40,186 nucleotides of DNA from a virus. Lineage: Duplodnaviria; Heunggongvirae; Uroviricota; Caudoviricetes. Under the pieces are notes generated by a model, which ran no database searches, was not told the origin of the DNA, and saw only the letters and a program-made list of their open reading frames with translations. A program made the translations under genes and the position numbers. Where the stretch lies: positions 1 to 40,186 of IMG/VR virus record IMGVR_UViG_2728369554_000009. One strand, 5' to 3'. Each line of letters begins with the position of its first letter. Positions within the stretch are counted from its first letter, which is position 1. Below, one piece after another: positions 16,815-25,833 of the stretch.

Positions 16815-17801
16815 ATGGCTGTTAAAGGCTTAACTGCGCTAACGCTGGCTGACTGGGGTAAGCGCGTCGATCCAAACGGGAAAGTCGATAAGATTATCGA
16901 GCTTCTCAGTCAAACCAACCCAATCCTTCAGGATATGCCTTTTGTTGAAGGAAACCTTCCTACCGGACACCGAACCACCATTCGTTCTGGTTTGCCTTCC
17001 GCTACCTGGCGTTTGCTGAACTATGGCGTACAACCGAGCAAATCAACAACGGTGCAGGTCACTGATTCCATTGGCATGCTGGAAACCTATGCTGAAGTCG
17101 ATAAGTCTCTGGCTGATCTGAACGGTAATACTGCCGAATTCCGCCTGTCTGAAGACCGAGCATTTATTGAAGCGATGAATCAGGCGATGGCGCAGACGCT
17201 GTTTTACGGTGATTCCAGCGTTAACCCTCAGCAGTTTATGGGACTGTCCTCCCGCTATTCCAGCCTGTCTGCGGGTAATGCTCAGAACATCATTGATGCT
17301 GGTGGCACGGGTACAGATAACACTTCAATCTGGTTAGTGGTGTGGGGCGAAAACACCGTGCATGGCATCTTCCCGAAAGGGAAGAAGGCTGGCATCCAGA
17401 TGGAAGATAAAGGCCAGGTGACACTGGAAGATGCTAATGGCGGCAAGTACGAAGGTTATCGTACCCATTATAAGTGGGACAACGGGCTGACATTGCGTGA
17501 CTGGCGCTATGTTGTTCGCATTGCAAACATCGATGTCAGCAATCTTGACGATCCTTCTACTGCTGCGAATATCGCAAAACTGATGATTCGTGCCCTTCAT
17601 CGAATCCCAAATCGTGGGATGGGACGTCCTATTTTCTACATGAACAGAACCATTAACGAAGTGCTTGACCTGCAATCTCTGGAGAAGAGTTCTCTGGCGA
17701 TCAGCGTGAAAGAGACAGAAGGCGAATGGTGGACAGAACTTCGTGGTGTGCCGATTCGCGAAACTGACGCACTTCTGGAAACAGAAGCCCGCGTGGTGTA
17801 A
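16815..17801 (+). CDS. Major capsid protein (HK97-fold type)
   Basis: ~329 aa after scaffold gene; ATG 16815 6 nt after GAGAGGAA; size and position typical of a podovirus major capsid protein. Confidence 0.8.
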   Translation: MAVKGLTALTLADWGKRVDPNGKVDKIIELLSQTNPILQDMPFVEGNLPTGHRTTIRSGLPSATWRLLNYGVQPSKSTTVQVTDSIGMLETYAEVDKSLADLNGNTAEFRLSEDRAFIEAMNQAMAQTLFYGDSSVNPQQFMGLSSRYSSLSAGNAQNIIDAGGTGTDNTSIWLVVWGENTVHGIFPKGKKAGIQMEDKGQVTLEDANGGKYEGYRTHYKWDNGLTLRDWRYVVRIANIDVSNLDDPSTAANIAKLMIRALHRIPNRGMGRPIFYMNRTINEVLDLQSLEKSSLAISVKETEGEWWTELRGVPIRETDALLETEARVV

Positions 17802-17852
17802 CGCCTGTTATTAACCTGTGGGCCGCAACAGGCCCACTAATGGAGAAAGAAG

Positions 17853-18290
17853 ATGATCACCGACAAACTGTTGATGTTCTCCGAAGCTCAGGCGGTTACG
17901 AATACCGCGGCTTCTACTGACGTAATCGATCTCGGTCCAATTGATGGAAACCGTCGCGATATCGGCGTGGGTTATCCGCTTGAGTTTTGGGCGCTGGTTA
18001 ACACAGCCGCCGCGGCAAGCGGTGATGCAACTGTAAACATCCAGTTGCAGACGAGTGAGAATAACAGCTCATGGACCACTATTTATGATAGTGGCGCACT
18101 GGCAAAGACCGCCCTGACAGCAGGTAAACGAGTTGTTTCTGCAAAGGTGCCTGCCGGTGTTCAGCGATATCTGCGTGTTAACTACTCCGTCGCAACTGGC
18201 CCACTAACGGCTGGCGAATTCACTGCTGGTATCAGTCTTGATGTTGATGCCAATACGCCGTATCCGATCCGCTCAAAAGTAACTGGTTAA
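17853..18290 (+). CDS. Hypothetical virion structural protein (possible capsid decoration)
   Basis: 145 aa; SD GGAGAAAG; directly after capsid gene. Confidence 0.5.
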   Translation: MITDKLLMFSEAQAVTNTAASTDVIDLGPIDGNRRDIGVGYPLEFWALVNTAAAASGDATVNIQLQTSENNSSWTTIYDSGALAKTALTAGKRVVSAKVPAGVQRYLRVNYSVATGPLTAGEFTAGISLDVDANTPYPIRSKVTG

Positions 18291-18300
18291 GGTGATATCG

Positions 18301-18636
18301 ATGTCAGGTGAGAAACCAAGATACCGCGTTCTGCGCCTCTCTCATATCCATAACACTCTGTGGCCGGAGGGGGCAGAAATCGAATACGAAGGTGAGCCTG
18401 GTAGCGCACTGGAACCTGTTAACGATGCAGCCAGACAGGCAAAAGCAAAAGTTGCAGGAAAGGTGTCAATGGCAGCAACCAGCACCAAAATCATCAACGA
18501 TGTGTCAGATGATGGTGAACTGGATAAGCTCCGTGAAGAGTACGAATTGCTCTTTAACGAGAAGCCACACCATAATGCCAAAGCAGAAACGCTCCGCGAG
18601 AAGATCGCAGATAAGCGTAAAGAACTGGGCGTGTAA
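18301..18636 (+). CDS. Hypothetical structural-module protein
   Basis: ATG 18301 after AAGGTGA; followed by intrinsic terminator 18654-18674. Confidence 0.5.
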   Translation: MSGEKPRYRVLRLSHIHNTLWPEGAEIEYEGEPGSALEPVNDAARQAKAKVAGKVSMAATSTKIINDVSDDGELDKLREEYELLFNEKPHHNAKAETLREKIADKRKELGV

Positions 18637-18653
18637 GCCTCGCGAATCAGACA

Positions 18654-18674
18654 AGGGGCTTCGGCCCCTTTATT
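18654..18674 (+). terminator. Intrinsic terminator inside structural operon
   Basis: AGGGGC-TTCG-GCCCCT hairpin followed by TTATT. Confidence 0.6.
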
Positions 18675-18686
18675 GCAGGAGTGTAT

Positions 18687-19010
18687 ATGGAACTCGTAAA
18701 CCTCAAAACCGGCACTGACAGCTACCAGGATGAGAGCGGAGAAACCAGAACTCGAGATGAATACCCGTGGGGGCTGTGCATCACTCTTAATAACGACACA
18801 TTGAATAAGCTGAAGGCGCAACCTCAGGGCGTCGGAACAGAAGTGATGATAACTGCAAAAGCTGTTATTCGAGGCCTGTCTGCCAGAGAAACTGACGATG
18901 GTGTTAATCGCAGCGCCGATCTGCAGATCACTGATATGGCGATCGCTCCTGTTTCCGGGGATGTAGAAAAATCAGCGGCTGAAACCCTGTACGGCAATGG
19001 GGGTGAGTAA
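18687..19010 (+). CDS. Hypothetical virion protein carrying scaffold-like C-terminal motif
   Basis: ATG 18687 after AGGAG; C-terminus KSAAETLYG shares motif with scaffold C-terminus RSAAEVLYGK. Confidence 0.5.
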   Translation: MELVNLKTGTDSYQDESGETRTRDEYPWGLCITLNNDTLNKLKAQPQGVGTEVMITAKAVIRGLSARETDDGVNRSADLQITDMAIAPVSGDVEKSAAETLYGNGGE

Positions 19011-19615
19011 TGGCCTCTGTAGTAGAGATCTGCAATCGTGCGCTGTCCAATATTGGCAACAGCCGCAGTATTAACAGCCTGACGGAAGCCAGCAAGGAAG
19101 CGGGGGAATGTTCGCTGCACTTTGAGGCCTGCCGTGATGCTGTGCTTTCTGATTTTGACTGGAACTTTGCTACCAAACGCGTGGCGCTTGCAGATACGAG
19201 CAATCCACCGCCTGACTGGGAATATGCGTATCAGTACCCGTCCGATTGTCTGCGCATTACTGAAATTATGCTTCCTGGTGTACGCAATCCAACAGCAGCA
19301 ATGCGCGTTCAGTACGAAGTTGGTGCAGACACCAACGGAACAGGAAAGTTGATCTACACAGACCAGCCGCAGGCATGGCTCAAGTATGTCTCTCGCGTTT
19401 CAGATGTGAACATGTTTGATGCCATTTTTATGGAGGCGTTGGCCTGGCGTCTTGCGGCAGCTATTAACATGGCGTTGACTGGGAATGCAGACCTCGGTAC
19501 GTTTGCCCTCAATATGTACAATCGCGTGATTCTTAGTGCTGGCTCGCATAGCCAGAATGAATCACAGGAACCACTGCCACCGGTTGACGAGTTTACCATT
19601 GCGAGGTTGTCCTGA
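19010..19615 (+). CDS. Tail adaptor (T7 gp11-like tail tubular protein A)
   Basis: 201 aa; position directly before nozzle gene; loose similarity to T7 gp11; TAATG overlap with upstream gene. Confidence 0.6.
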   Translation: MASVVEICNRALSNIGNSRSINSLTEASKEAGECSLHFEACRDAVLSDFDWNFATKRVALADTSNPPPDWEYAYQYPSDCLRITEIMLPGVRNPTAAMRVQYEVGADTNGTGKLIYTDQPQAWLKYVSRVSDVNMFDAIFMEALAWRLAAAINMALTGNADLGTFALNMYNRVILSAGSHSQNESQEPLPPVDEFTIARLS

Positions 19616-22086
19616 TGGCTATCAGTTGGATCCAGCCCAGCTTTGCCGGTGGTGAGATTGGACCGTCGTTGTACGGTCGTATTGACATGGCGAAGTACCA
19701 GGTGGCATTGCGCAAGTGCGATAACTTTATCGTGCGGCAGTATGGCGGAGTTGAGAATCGACCTGGTACGCGTTTTGTCGGTGCCGCCAAATACCCAAAT
19801 CGGAAATGCCGCCTGATCCCGTTCCAGTTCTCGACGGTTCAGACTTATGCTCTGGAGTTCGGACACCAGTACATGCGCGTTATCAAAGATGGTGCGTTGG
19901 TGCTGAACAGCAGCAATGTTATTTATGAAATTTCCACGCCATATACTGAAGCCGATCTGTTCCGAATTAAATTCACGCAAAGCGCAGACGTGCTTACGCT
20001 GGTTCATCCGGCATACCCGCCGAAAGAGTTGCGCCGCTATGCGCATGACAACTGGCAACTGGTTGATGTGGTAACGAAGAACGGGCCATTTGAAGATATC
20101 AATATTGACGAGTCAGTGACGGTTTATGCCAGCGCCAGCACCGGGACAATTACGCTAACGGCAAGCGCCTCTATTTTTGGCGCGGAGCAGGTAGGCAAAT
20201 TGTTCTATCTGGAACAGCCTGCAGTGGATTCTGTGCCGGTATGGGAAACCAGTAAGAGTACGTCGATTGGCGATATTCGCCGTGCAGACAGTAACTACTA
20301 TCGCGCCGTTACAGCAGGCAAAACAGGTACTTTGCGCCCTTCGCATACAGAAGGCACATCATGGGATGGCTGGGGCGGATCCGGTGATGATGATACTGGC
20401 ATTGAGTGGGAATATCTGCACAGTGGTTTTGGCATTGCCCGTATCACTGCTGCAAATGGAACTACTGCAACTGCCGAGGTGATTTCCTATATCCCTTCGC
20501 AGGTCGTGGGCGAGGATAATGCCAGCTATAAATGGGCTAAATATGCCTGGAACAGTGTTAATGGTTATCCTGGCACTGTTGTTTATTATCAACAACGTCT
20601 TTACTTCGCCGCATCGACTGCGTTTCCTCAGACTATCTGGGCCAGCCGTACCGGGGATTATAAGGATTTTGGCAAAAGCAATCCTACGCAGGATGACGAC
20701 AGAATTATCTACACCTATGCCGGACGTCAGGTTAATGAGATCCGCCACCTGATTGATGTTGGTTCTCTGGTGGCGCTGACTTCCGGAGGTGAGTACGTCA
20801 TCACCGGCGACCAGAACAAAGTGTTAACCCCATCATCATTTGCATTCAGCTCTCAGGGATCAAATGGCTCAAGCAACGTCCCGCCAATTGCCGTGGCGAA
20901 TATTGCTCTGTTCGTCCAGGAGAAAGGCAGCGTTGTCCGTGATCTGGCCTACTCATTCGATGTTGACGGCTATCAGGGGAACGACCTGACCATCCTTGCC
21001 AATCATCTTTTTCAGAAGCACAGCATTGTTGACTGGTGCTTCTCGATTGTCCCTTACTCCAGTGCCTTCTGCATTCGTGATGACGGTAAATTACTGGTGA
21101 TGACCTATTTGCGTGATCAGCAGGTTTTTGCATGGGCACCACAATCCAGTACCGGAAAATATGAAAGCACATGCAGTATCAGCGAAGGCAATGAAGATGC
21201 GGTGTATTTCGTCGTTAACCGAACCGTTAACGGGCAAACAGTGAGATACATCGAGCGACTGTCCAGCCGTTTATTTACCAGCGATGAAGATGCTTTCTTT
21301 GTTGATTCTGGCCTTAGCTATGATGGAAGAAATACGTCTGACAGAACGATGATCATCACTGGTGGTTCTGGCGAATGGGATTACCGCGCGGAATATACAA
21401 TCAGTGTTTCTGGTGGTGCGTACTTCACCAGTAGTGATGTCGGCGCGCAACTACAGTTCCCTTATACCGGAACGGATCCTGATACTGGCGATGAAGTGTC
21501 AAAAGAATTACGTTGCGACATTATTTCTGTAACCAGCAATACCGCTGTAGTGGTTCGTCCTAACAGGAACGTCCCGCCATCCCTCAGGAATGTGGCCACC
21601 ACGAACTGGCAGATGGCGCGCCGGGCATTTGGCGGCTTGTCTCATCTTGAAGGTCAGACCGTAAACATTCTCTCTGATGCGAACGTGGAACCACAGAAAG
21701 TGGTTTCCGGAGGTGCCGTCACGCTGGAATCTACGGGGGCTGTAGTGCACATCGGCCTGCCAATAACTGCTGAATTCGAAACACTGGATATCAACATTAA
21801 CGGACAGGAAACGCTGCTGGACAAAAAACAGGTGATCCCCTCCGTTACTCTGGTTGTGAATGCCAGTCGCGGCATCTGGGCGACTACGCCCGGCGGTAAA
21901 TGGTACGAATATCCACAGCGTGAATTCGAGTTCTACGATGATCCTGTTGATGATGCTACCGGAAAAGTAGAAGTGAAACTGGACAGTAACTGGGGCAAAA
22001 ACGGACGTGTAAAAATCCGTCAGCTTGACCCGTTGCCGCTGTCTGTTCTTGCCGTTATTCCTCGCCTTACTGTTGGGGGATTCTGA
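19615..22086 (+). CDS. Tail nozzle (T7 gp12-like tail tubular protein B)
   Basis: 823 aa; N-terminal GGEIGPSLYGR and central SRTGDYKDF...DDD segments parallel T7 gp12 (recalled). Confidence 0.75.
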   Translation: MAISWIQPSFAGGEIGPSLYGRIDMAKYQVALRKCDNFIVRQYGGVENRPGTRFVGAAKYPNRKCRLIPFQFSTVQTYALEFGHQYMRVIKDGALVLNSSNVIYEISTPYTEADLFRIKFTQSADVLTLVHPAYPPKELRRYAHDNWQLVDVVTKNGPFEDINIDESVTVYASASTGTITLTASASIFGAEQVGKLFYLEQPAVDSVPVWETSKSTSIGDIRRADSNYYRAVTAGKTGTLRPSHTEGTSWDGWGGSGDDDTGIEWEYLHSGFGIARITAANGTTATAEVISYIPSQVVGEDNASYKWAKYAWNSVNGYPGTVVYYQQRLYFAASTAFPQTIWASRTGDYKDFGKSNPTQDDDRIIYTYAGRQVNEIRHLIDVGSLVALTSGGEYVITGDQNKVLTPSSFAFSSQGSNGSSNVPPIAVANIALFVQEKGSVVRDLAYSFDVDGYQGNDLTILANHLFQKHSIVDWCFSIVPYSSAFCIRDDGKLLVMTYLRDQQVFAWAPQSSTGKYESTCSISEGNEDAVYFVVNRTVNGQTVRYIERLSSRLFTSDEDAFFVDSGLSYDGRNTSDRTMIITGGSGEWDYRAEYTISVSGGAYFTSSDVGAQLQFPYTGTDPDTGDEVSKELRCDIISVTSNTAVVVRPNRNVPPSLRNVATTNWQMARRAFGGLSHLEGQTVNILSDANVEPQKVVSGGAVTLESTGAVVHIGLPITAEFETLDININGQETLLDKKQVIPSVTLVVNASRGIWATTPGGKWYEYPQREFEFYDDPVDDATGKVEVKLDSNWGKNGRVKIRQLDPLPLSVLAVIPRLTVGGF

Positions 22087-22550
22087 TGATTGACGTTCAA
22101 ATTATTCCCGCTACCGAAGAGCATCTTCAGATGATTTTGCCGGATGTTCGTCAGGCTGATATTGACGAACTGTATGCGGTATCGCTGATGACTACCGAAG
22201 ATGCACTGCGTGTTGGCCTGCGTACTGCGACTATGGCTTGGTCAGGGTTCGCGAACGGAGAACTGGTAACCATGTTTGGTGTATCTCCGGCGTCAATGAT
22301 CGGTGGCAATGGTACGCCCTGGCTGGTCGGAACCAGCCGTATTGAAAAATATCAGAAGACATTTCTGCGCCACTGCCGCCCTGTATTGCAGCAGATGCTG
22401 GCAGTTTATCCGCGCCTGGAAAACTATGTCGACGAGCGAAACCATGTTGCCAAAGCATGGCTGCACTGGCTTGGATTCAGGCTTGAAGAAGCCGCGCCTT
22501 ATGGTGCTCTTGGTCTTAATTTCCACAGATTTCACATGGAGAGAAAATAA
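22086..22550 (+). CDS. Internal virion protein (gp13 position)
   Basis: 154 aa; ATGA overlap with nozzle gene. Confidence 0.5.
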   Translation: MIDVQIIPATEEHLQMILPDVRQADIDELYAVSLMTTEDALRVGLRTATMAWSGFANGELVTMFGVSPASMIGGNGTPWLVGTSRIEKYQKTFLRHCRPVLQQMLAVYPRLENYVDERNHVAKAWLHWLGFRLEEAAPYGALGLNFHRFHMERK

Positions 22551-23125
22551 TGTGCGATCCGGTTATTGCTGGTGGCGCAATGCTCGCCATGAGTGGCATT
22601 CAGGCATACACCCAGTACCAACAGGGAAAGTATGCCTCGAAGGTTGCAGAAGCGAACGCAGATATAGCCACTGCTCAGGCAAATGATGCAATAAACAGAG
22701 GTAACGCTGAAGCTGAGCAACGGCGCAGAGAGACCCGACAGCGGCTTGGTACACAGGCGGCGACAATGGGGGCTACCGGCGCTGATTTATCTACAGGTAA
22801 CGCGCTGGATATATTTGGCGACACTGCCCAGTTTGGCGCTCTTGATTCTCTGACGACGGTGAATAACGCGCAACGCGAGGCTTACGGTTATCAGGTTCAG
22901 GCTGCCAACTATAAAGCAGAAGCCAGTTCAGCCCGTAAACAGGGGAATGTGGGAGCAGCAACAACATTGCTCACTGCGCCTCTGAAGGCATACGGTGCGT
23001 ACCAGATGTTTGGTGGGACGTGGAGTCCGTTCTCTAAAGGAAGTACATCTAGTGGTGGGACGCCAATGTTATCTAACTCAGGTTTTATGAATTCTGACTC
23101 CCGATTCAAAATAGGAGGTTACTGA
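22550..23125 (+). CDS. Internal virion / ejection protein (gp14 position)
   Basis: 191 aa, Ala/Gln-rich low complexity. Confidence 0.55.
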   Translation: MCDPVIAGGAMLAMSGIQAYTQYQQGKYASKVAEANADIATAQANDAINRGNAEAEQRRRETRQRLGTQAATMGATGADLSTGNALDIFGDTAQFGALDSLTTVNNAQREAYGYQVQAANYKAEASSARKQGNVGAATTLLTAPLKAYGAYQMFGGTWSPFSKGSTSSGGTPMLSNSGFMNSDSRFKIGGY

Positions 23126-25833
23126 TGCCTGTTGTTCCTACTACATCCGGACGCCAGGTGCAAAGTCGTGGTGTGCAAACCGGTGGTTTTCAAACCTTCG
23201 ATGTTCCTCAGGCAGGTCAGGTGCTGGCGAATGTCGCAGATCAGTATGCGGTGGCATATGGTGAAGCCAGGCAGAAAGCGAATGTTGCATTGTCTCAGGA
23301 TGCCATCCTTCAGCTTAATCAGCGCAGCAATGAACGTCTTTATAACCCTCAAACCGGTTTTTATGCACAACAAGGCAAAAATGCGATTGGTAAGGGGCAA
23401 GAGTACATATCTGGATTTGATCAGGATGTGGAAGAAATAGCTGCTTCATTGACTGATGAAGCAGCAAGAAATATGTTTTTGCAACAAGCCAGAACACAGA
23501 AAATTCAGTTCAGTACTGGAGTTCTCAGACATGAGATAGGGCAGACAAATGCCTATGAAGATGAGCAATATCAGGCAACGAGAAAATTATGGATACAAAA
23601 TGAAGCGGATGCCTGGAATGACCCGCAAACTGCCACTTTAGCCAGAAATTCCAGAATGGTAGCCATTGCCAGATATGGAGCAGCCAGGGGATGGTCACAA
23701 GAACGCATTCTGGAAGAAATAGAAAGTGATGATCGCAGTGCCACAGAAATGCGGGCGAAGAATTATGCCGCTGCTAATCCGGAAGGATGGTTAAATGGTC
23801 AGTTTCAGAAAAATGATTCTGGAGGCATGGACATGCGTGCCATACGCCTTGTTGAATCAGGTGATCGTCATTTTAATCCTGATGGTAGTATTCTTGAAGG
23901 ACCGAAAACATCTTCTGGAGAGAGGGCCCAGGGGAAATACCAGTTAATGCCGGGCACAGGGAAAGAACTGGCGGCCAAACGTGGCGTTGAATACAACCCT
24001 ACGGACGAACAACAGCATGAAATGCTCGCCAGTGACTATGTAAATCAACTGTATGGTAAGTACGGTTCCGAAATATTGACCGGAGCAGCATATAACTGGG
24101 GGATGGGTAACGTGGATAAACTGATCGCCAAAGTCGGTGATCCACGTAAAGGTGAAATATCAGAAGAAGAATTTATCCGAAATCTTCCATCAGAAACACA
24201 AGGGTGGCTTTCCCGATATAGAAAAAATAAAACTGGAATGGATCCGCTGACTATTTATCAAATAGATAACCTTGCTAATAGTCAGATAGAAAAGCAAAGG
24301 AAGTTAATATTAGAACAGCTTGAGCCAGCTATTAATAACACCATGGCCCAGCTATATAACGGTGAGGTTCCAGATTATATACCGGCTCAGGAGACCATCA
24401 TCAGGGGGTATGGAAAAAACGCAGATAAAATAATCAATCAACTGGATATAGCGATTGATAACGCGAGAATATTCCAGACAATTCAGTATTTGCCTCCTTC
24501 TCAGCAGCAAGAAGAAATGCAGAAAGTGAAGCCTGAGGTTAACGATCCTCACTATGCGTTAAAACTCGATGCTTACGGAAAATTGTCTGCATTGCTTCAG
24601 AGATCAAATGAAGCAATTCAGGCGCAACGGGATTCACGCAGATTTAATGAGGCGCTGACAATAGGTGAAAAATTAGACCCAAGCAACAAGTCAATGCAGA
24701 AAGCTGCTGATTACACAGAAATGGCGCAGAACTTTCGTATTAATGATGCCTCCACTCATGATGGGGTTGTTCGGCTTGTGGCTCAGACTGGCATAATGCC
24801 TTCGCAGGTCATCACGCAGCTTTCAGCAGTATCCCGATCCAGCAATCAGGAAGTGGTTAAAAATGCGGCGGAACTGTTTAGTCGGTTATATGAAACAGAC
24901 AATGCATCTATTGGAAATATGCCGAAGGATATGCAGGGTTTTTATCTGACTGTTAAGCAACTAACTGATGCAGGGATGTCTTCAGATGCTGCTATTGTGG
25001 AAGCGCAGAGTAAGACATACAACCAGACAGATGCACTAAGGGCGCAGCTCTCATCTGTTCAGAGTACAAGAGAATACAAAAAAGAGCGTGACAGCGCAGC
25101 CAATTCTGCTGTCAGTAATATGACTCACTGGCTTCGCTGGGATCCGTCTGCGGATGACCAGACACCGGAAGCAGCGCTCTTTCGCAATGACTATCAGATG
25201 CTGTATGACGTTAACTATCGCCTTGCTGGTGGTAACGCTGACGTAGCGAAGCAAATGACCAACCAGCAGATAGCCCGCACTTGGAGTATCAGCGAGGTCA
25301 ACGGGGAAGCACAGTTTATGAAATATGCACCGGAGGCGCTTTATCAATATGGGCCGTCAGGCTGGATTGCAGCGCAATGGAAGGCTGAAAAAGAAAAAAT
25401 CATGTATGGCGATGACTTACATAAACCGGCTCCTTCATTTAACCGACCTTCAACTGAGGCTGGTGCATTGGGACTGAATAAGCCACGCTCACTGGTTGGA
25501 GGTGAGTTGATTCTCGTTCCTGACTTATCAACTCCGAGAGATAAGCTTTATTCAGTTGTGATCAGAACAAAAGATAAAGATGGTATTACGAGGGATGATT
25601 TATTTTATGACAAGCATGGAAGACAGATGCGCTGGGGGCCATCACTAGAAGATTGGGAACCTTATAAGAAAATGCAGCAGGAACGGGAGCAGCACGAGCA
25701 GGAAGAAATTATGCGTGGACAGGCTATACGAAACTTCAAAGACAAGCATCGCGCTCTGGATGAGCAGTATCAGCGCCTGCATAACGAACGTATGGACAAA
25801 TTTAAAGATTACTTTTCGTGGGGATCTAAATAA
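23125..25833 (+). CDS. Internal core protein with soluble lytic transglycosylase (SLT) domain
   Basis: 902 aa; ERAQGKYQLMPGTGKELAAKRGVEYNP...AYNWGMGNV matches the SLT catalytic region (E...Q.MP.T...Y.WG). Confidence 0.75.
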   Translation: MPVVPTTSGRQVQSRGVQTGGFQTFDVPQAGQVLANVADQYAVAYGEARQKANVALSQDAILQLNQRSNERLYNPQTGFYAQQGKNAIGKGQEYISGFDQDVEEIAASLTDEAARNMFLQQARTQKIQFSTGVLRHEIGQTNAYEDEQYQATRKLWIQNEADAWNDPQTATLARNSRMVAIARYGAARGWSQERILEEIESDDRSATEMRAKNYAAANPEGWLNGQFQKNDSGGMDMRAIRLVESGDRHFNPDGSILEGPKTSSGERAQGKYQLMPGTGKELAAKRGVEYNPTDEQQHEMLASDYVNQLYGKYGSEILTGAAYNWGMGNVDKLIAKVGDPRKGEISEEEFIRNLPSETQGWLSRYRKNKTGMDPLTIYQIDNLANSQIEKQRKLILEQLEPAINNTMAQLYNGEVPDYIPAQETIIRGYGKNADKIINQLDIAIDNARIFQTIQYLPPSQQQEEMQKVKPEVNDPHYALKLDAYGKLSALLQRSNEAIQAQRDSRRFNEALTIGEKLDPSNKSMQKAADYTEMAQNFRINDASTHDGVVRLVAQTGIMPSQVITQLSAVSRSSNQEVVKNAAELFSRLYETDNASIGNMPKDMQGFYLTVKQLTDAGMSSDAAIVEAQSKTYNQTDALRAQLSSVQSTREYKKERDSAANSAVSNMTHWLRWDPSADDQTPEAALFRNDYQMLYDVNYRLAGGNADVAKQMTNQQIARTWSISEVNGEAQFMKYAPEALYQYGPSGWIAAQWKAEKEKIMYGDDLHKPAPSFNRPSTEAGALGLNKPRSLVGGELILVPDLSTPRDKLYSVVIRTKDKDGITRDDLFYDKHGRQMRWGPSLEDWEPYKKMQQEREQHEQEEIMRGQAIRNFKDKHRALDEQYQRLHNERMDKFKDYFSWGSK

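Noticed and set aside
16103-16815. Minus-strand ORFs 16103-16537 and 16438-16815
   Set aside because: Antisense to the scaffold gene; no start context; scaffold frame is clearly the coding one.
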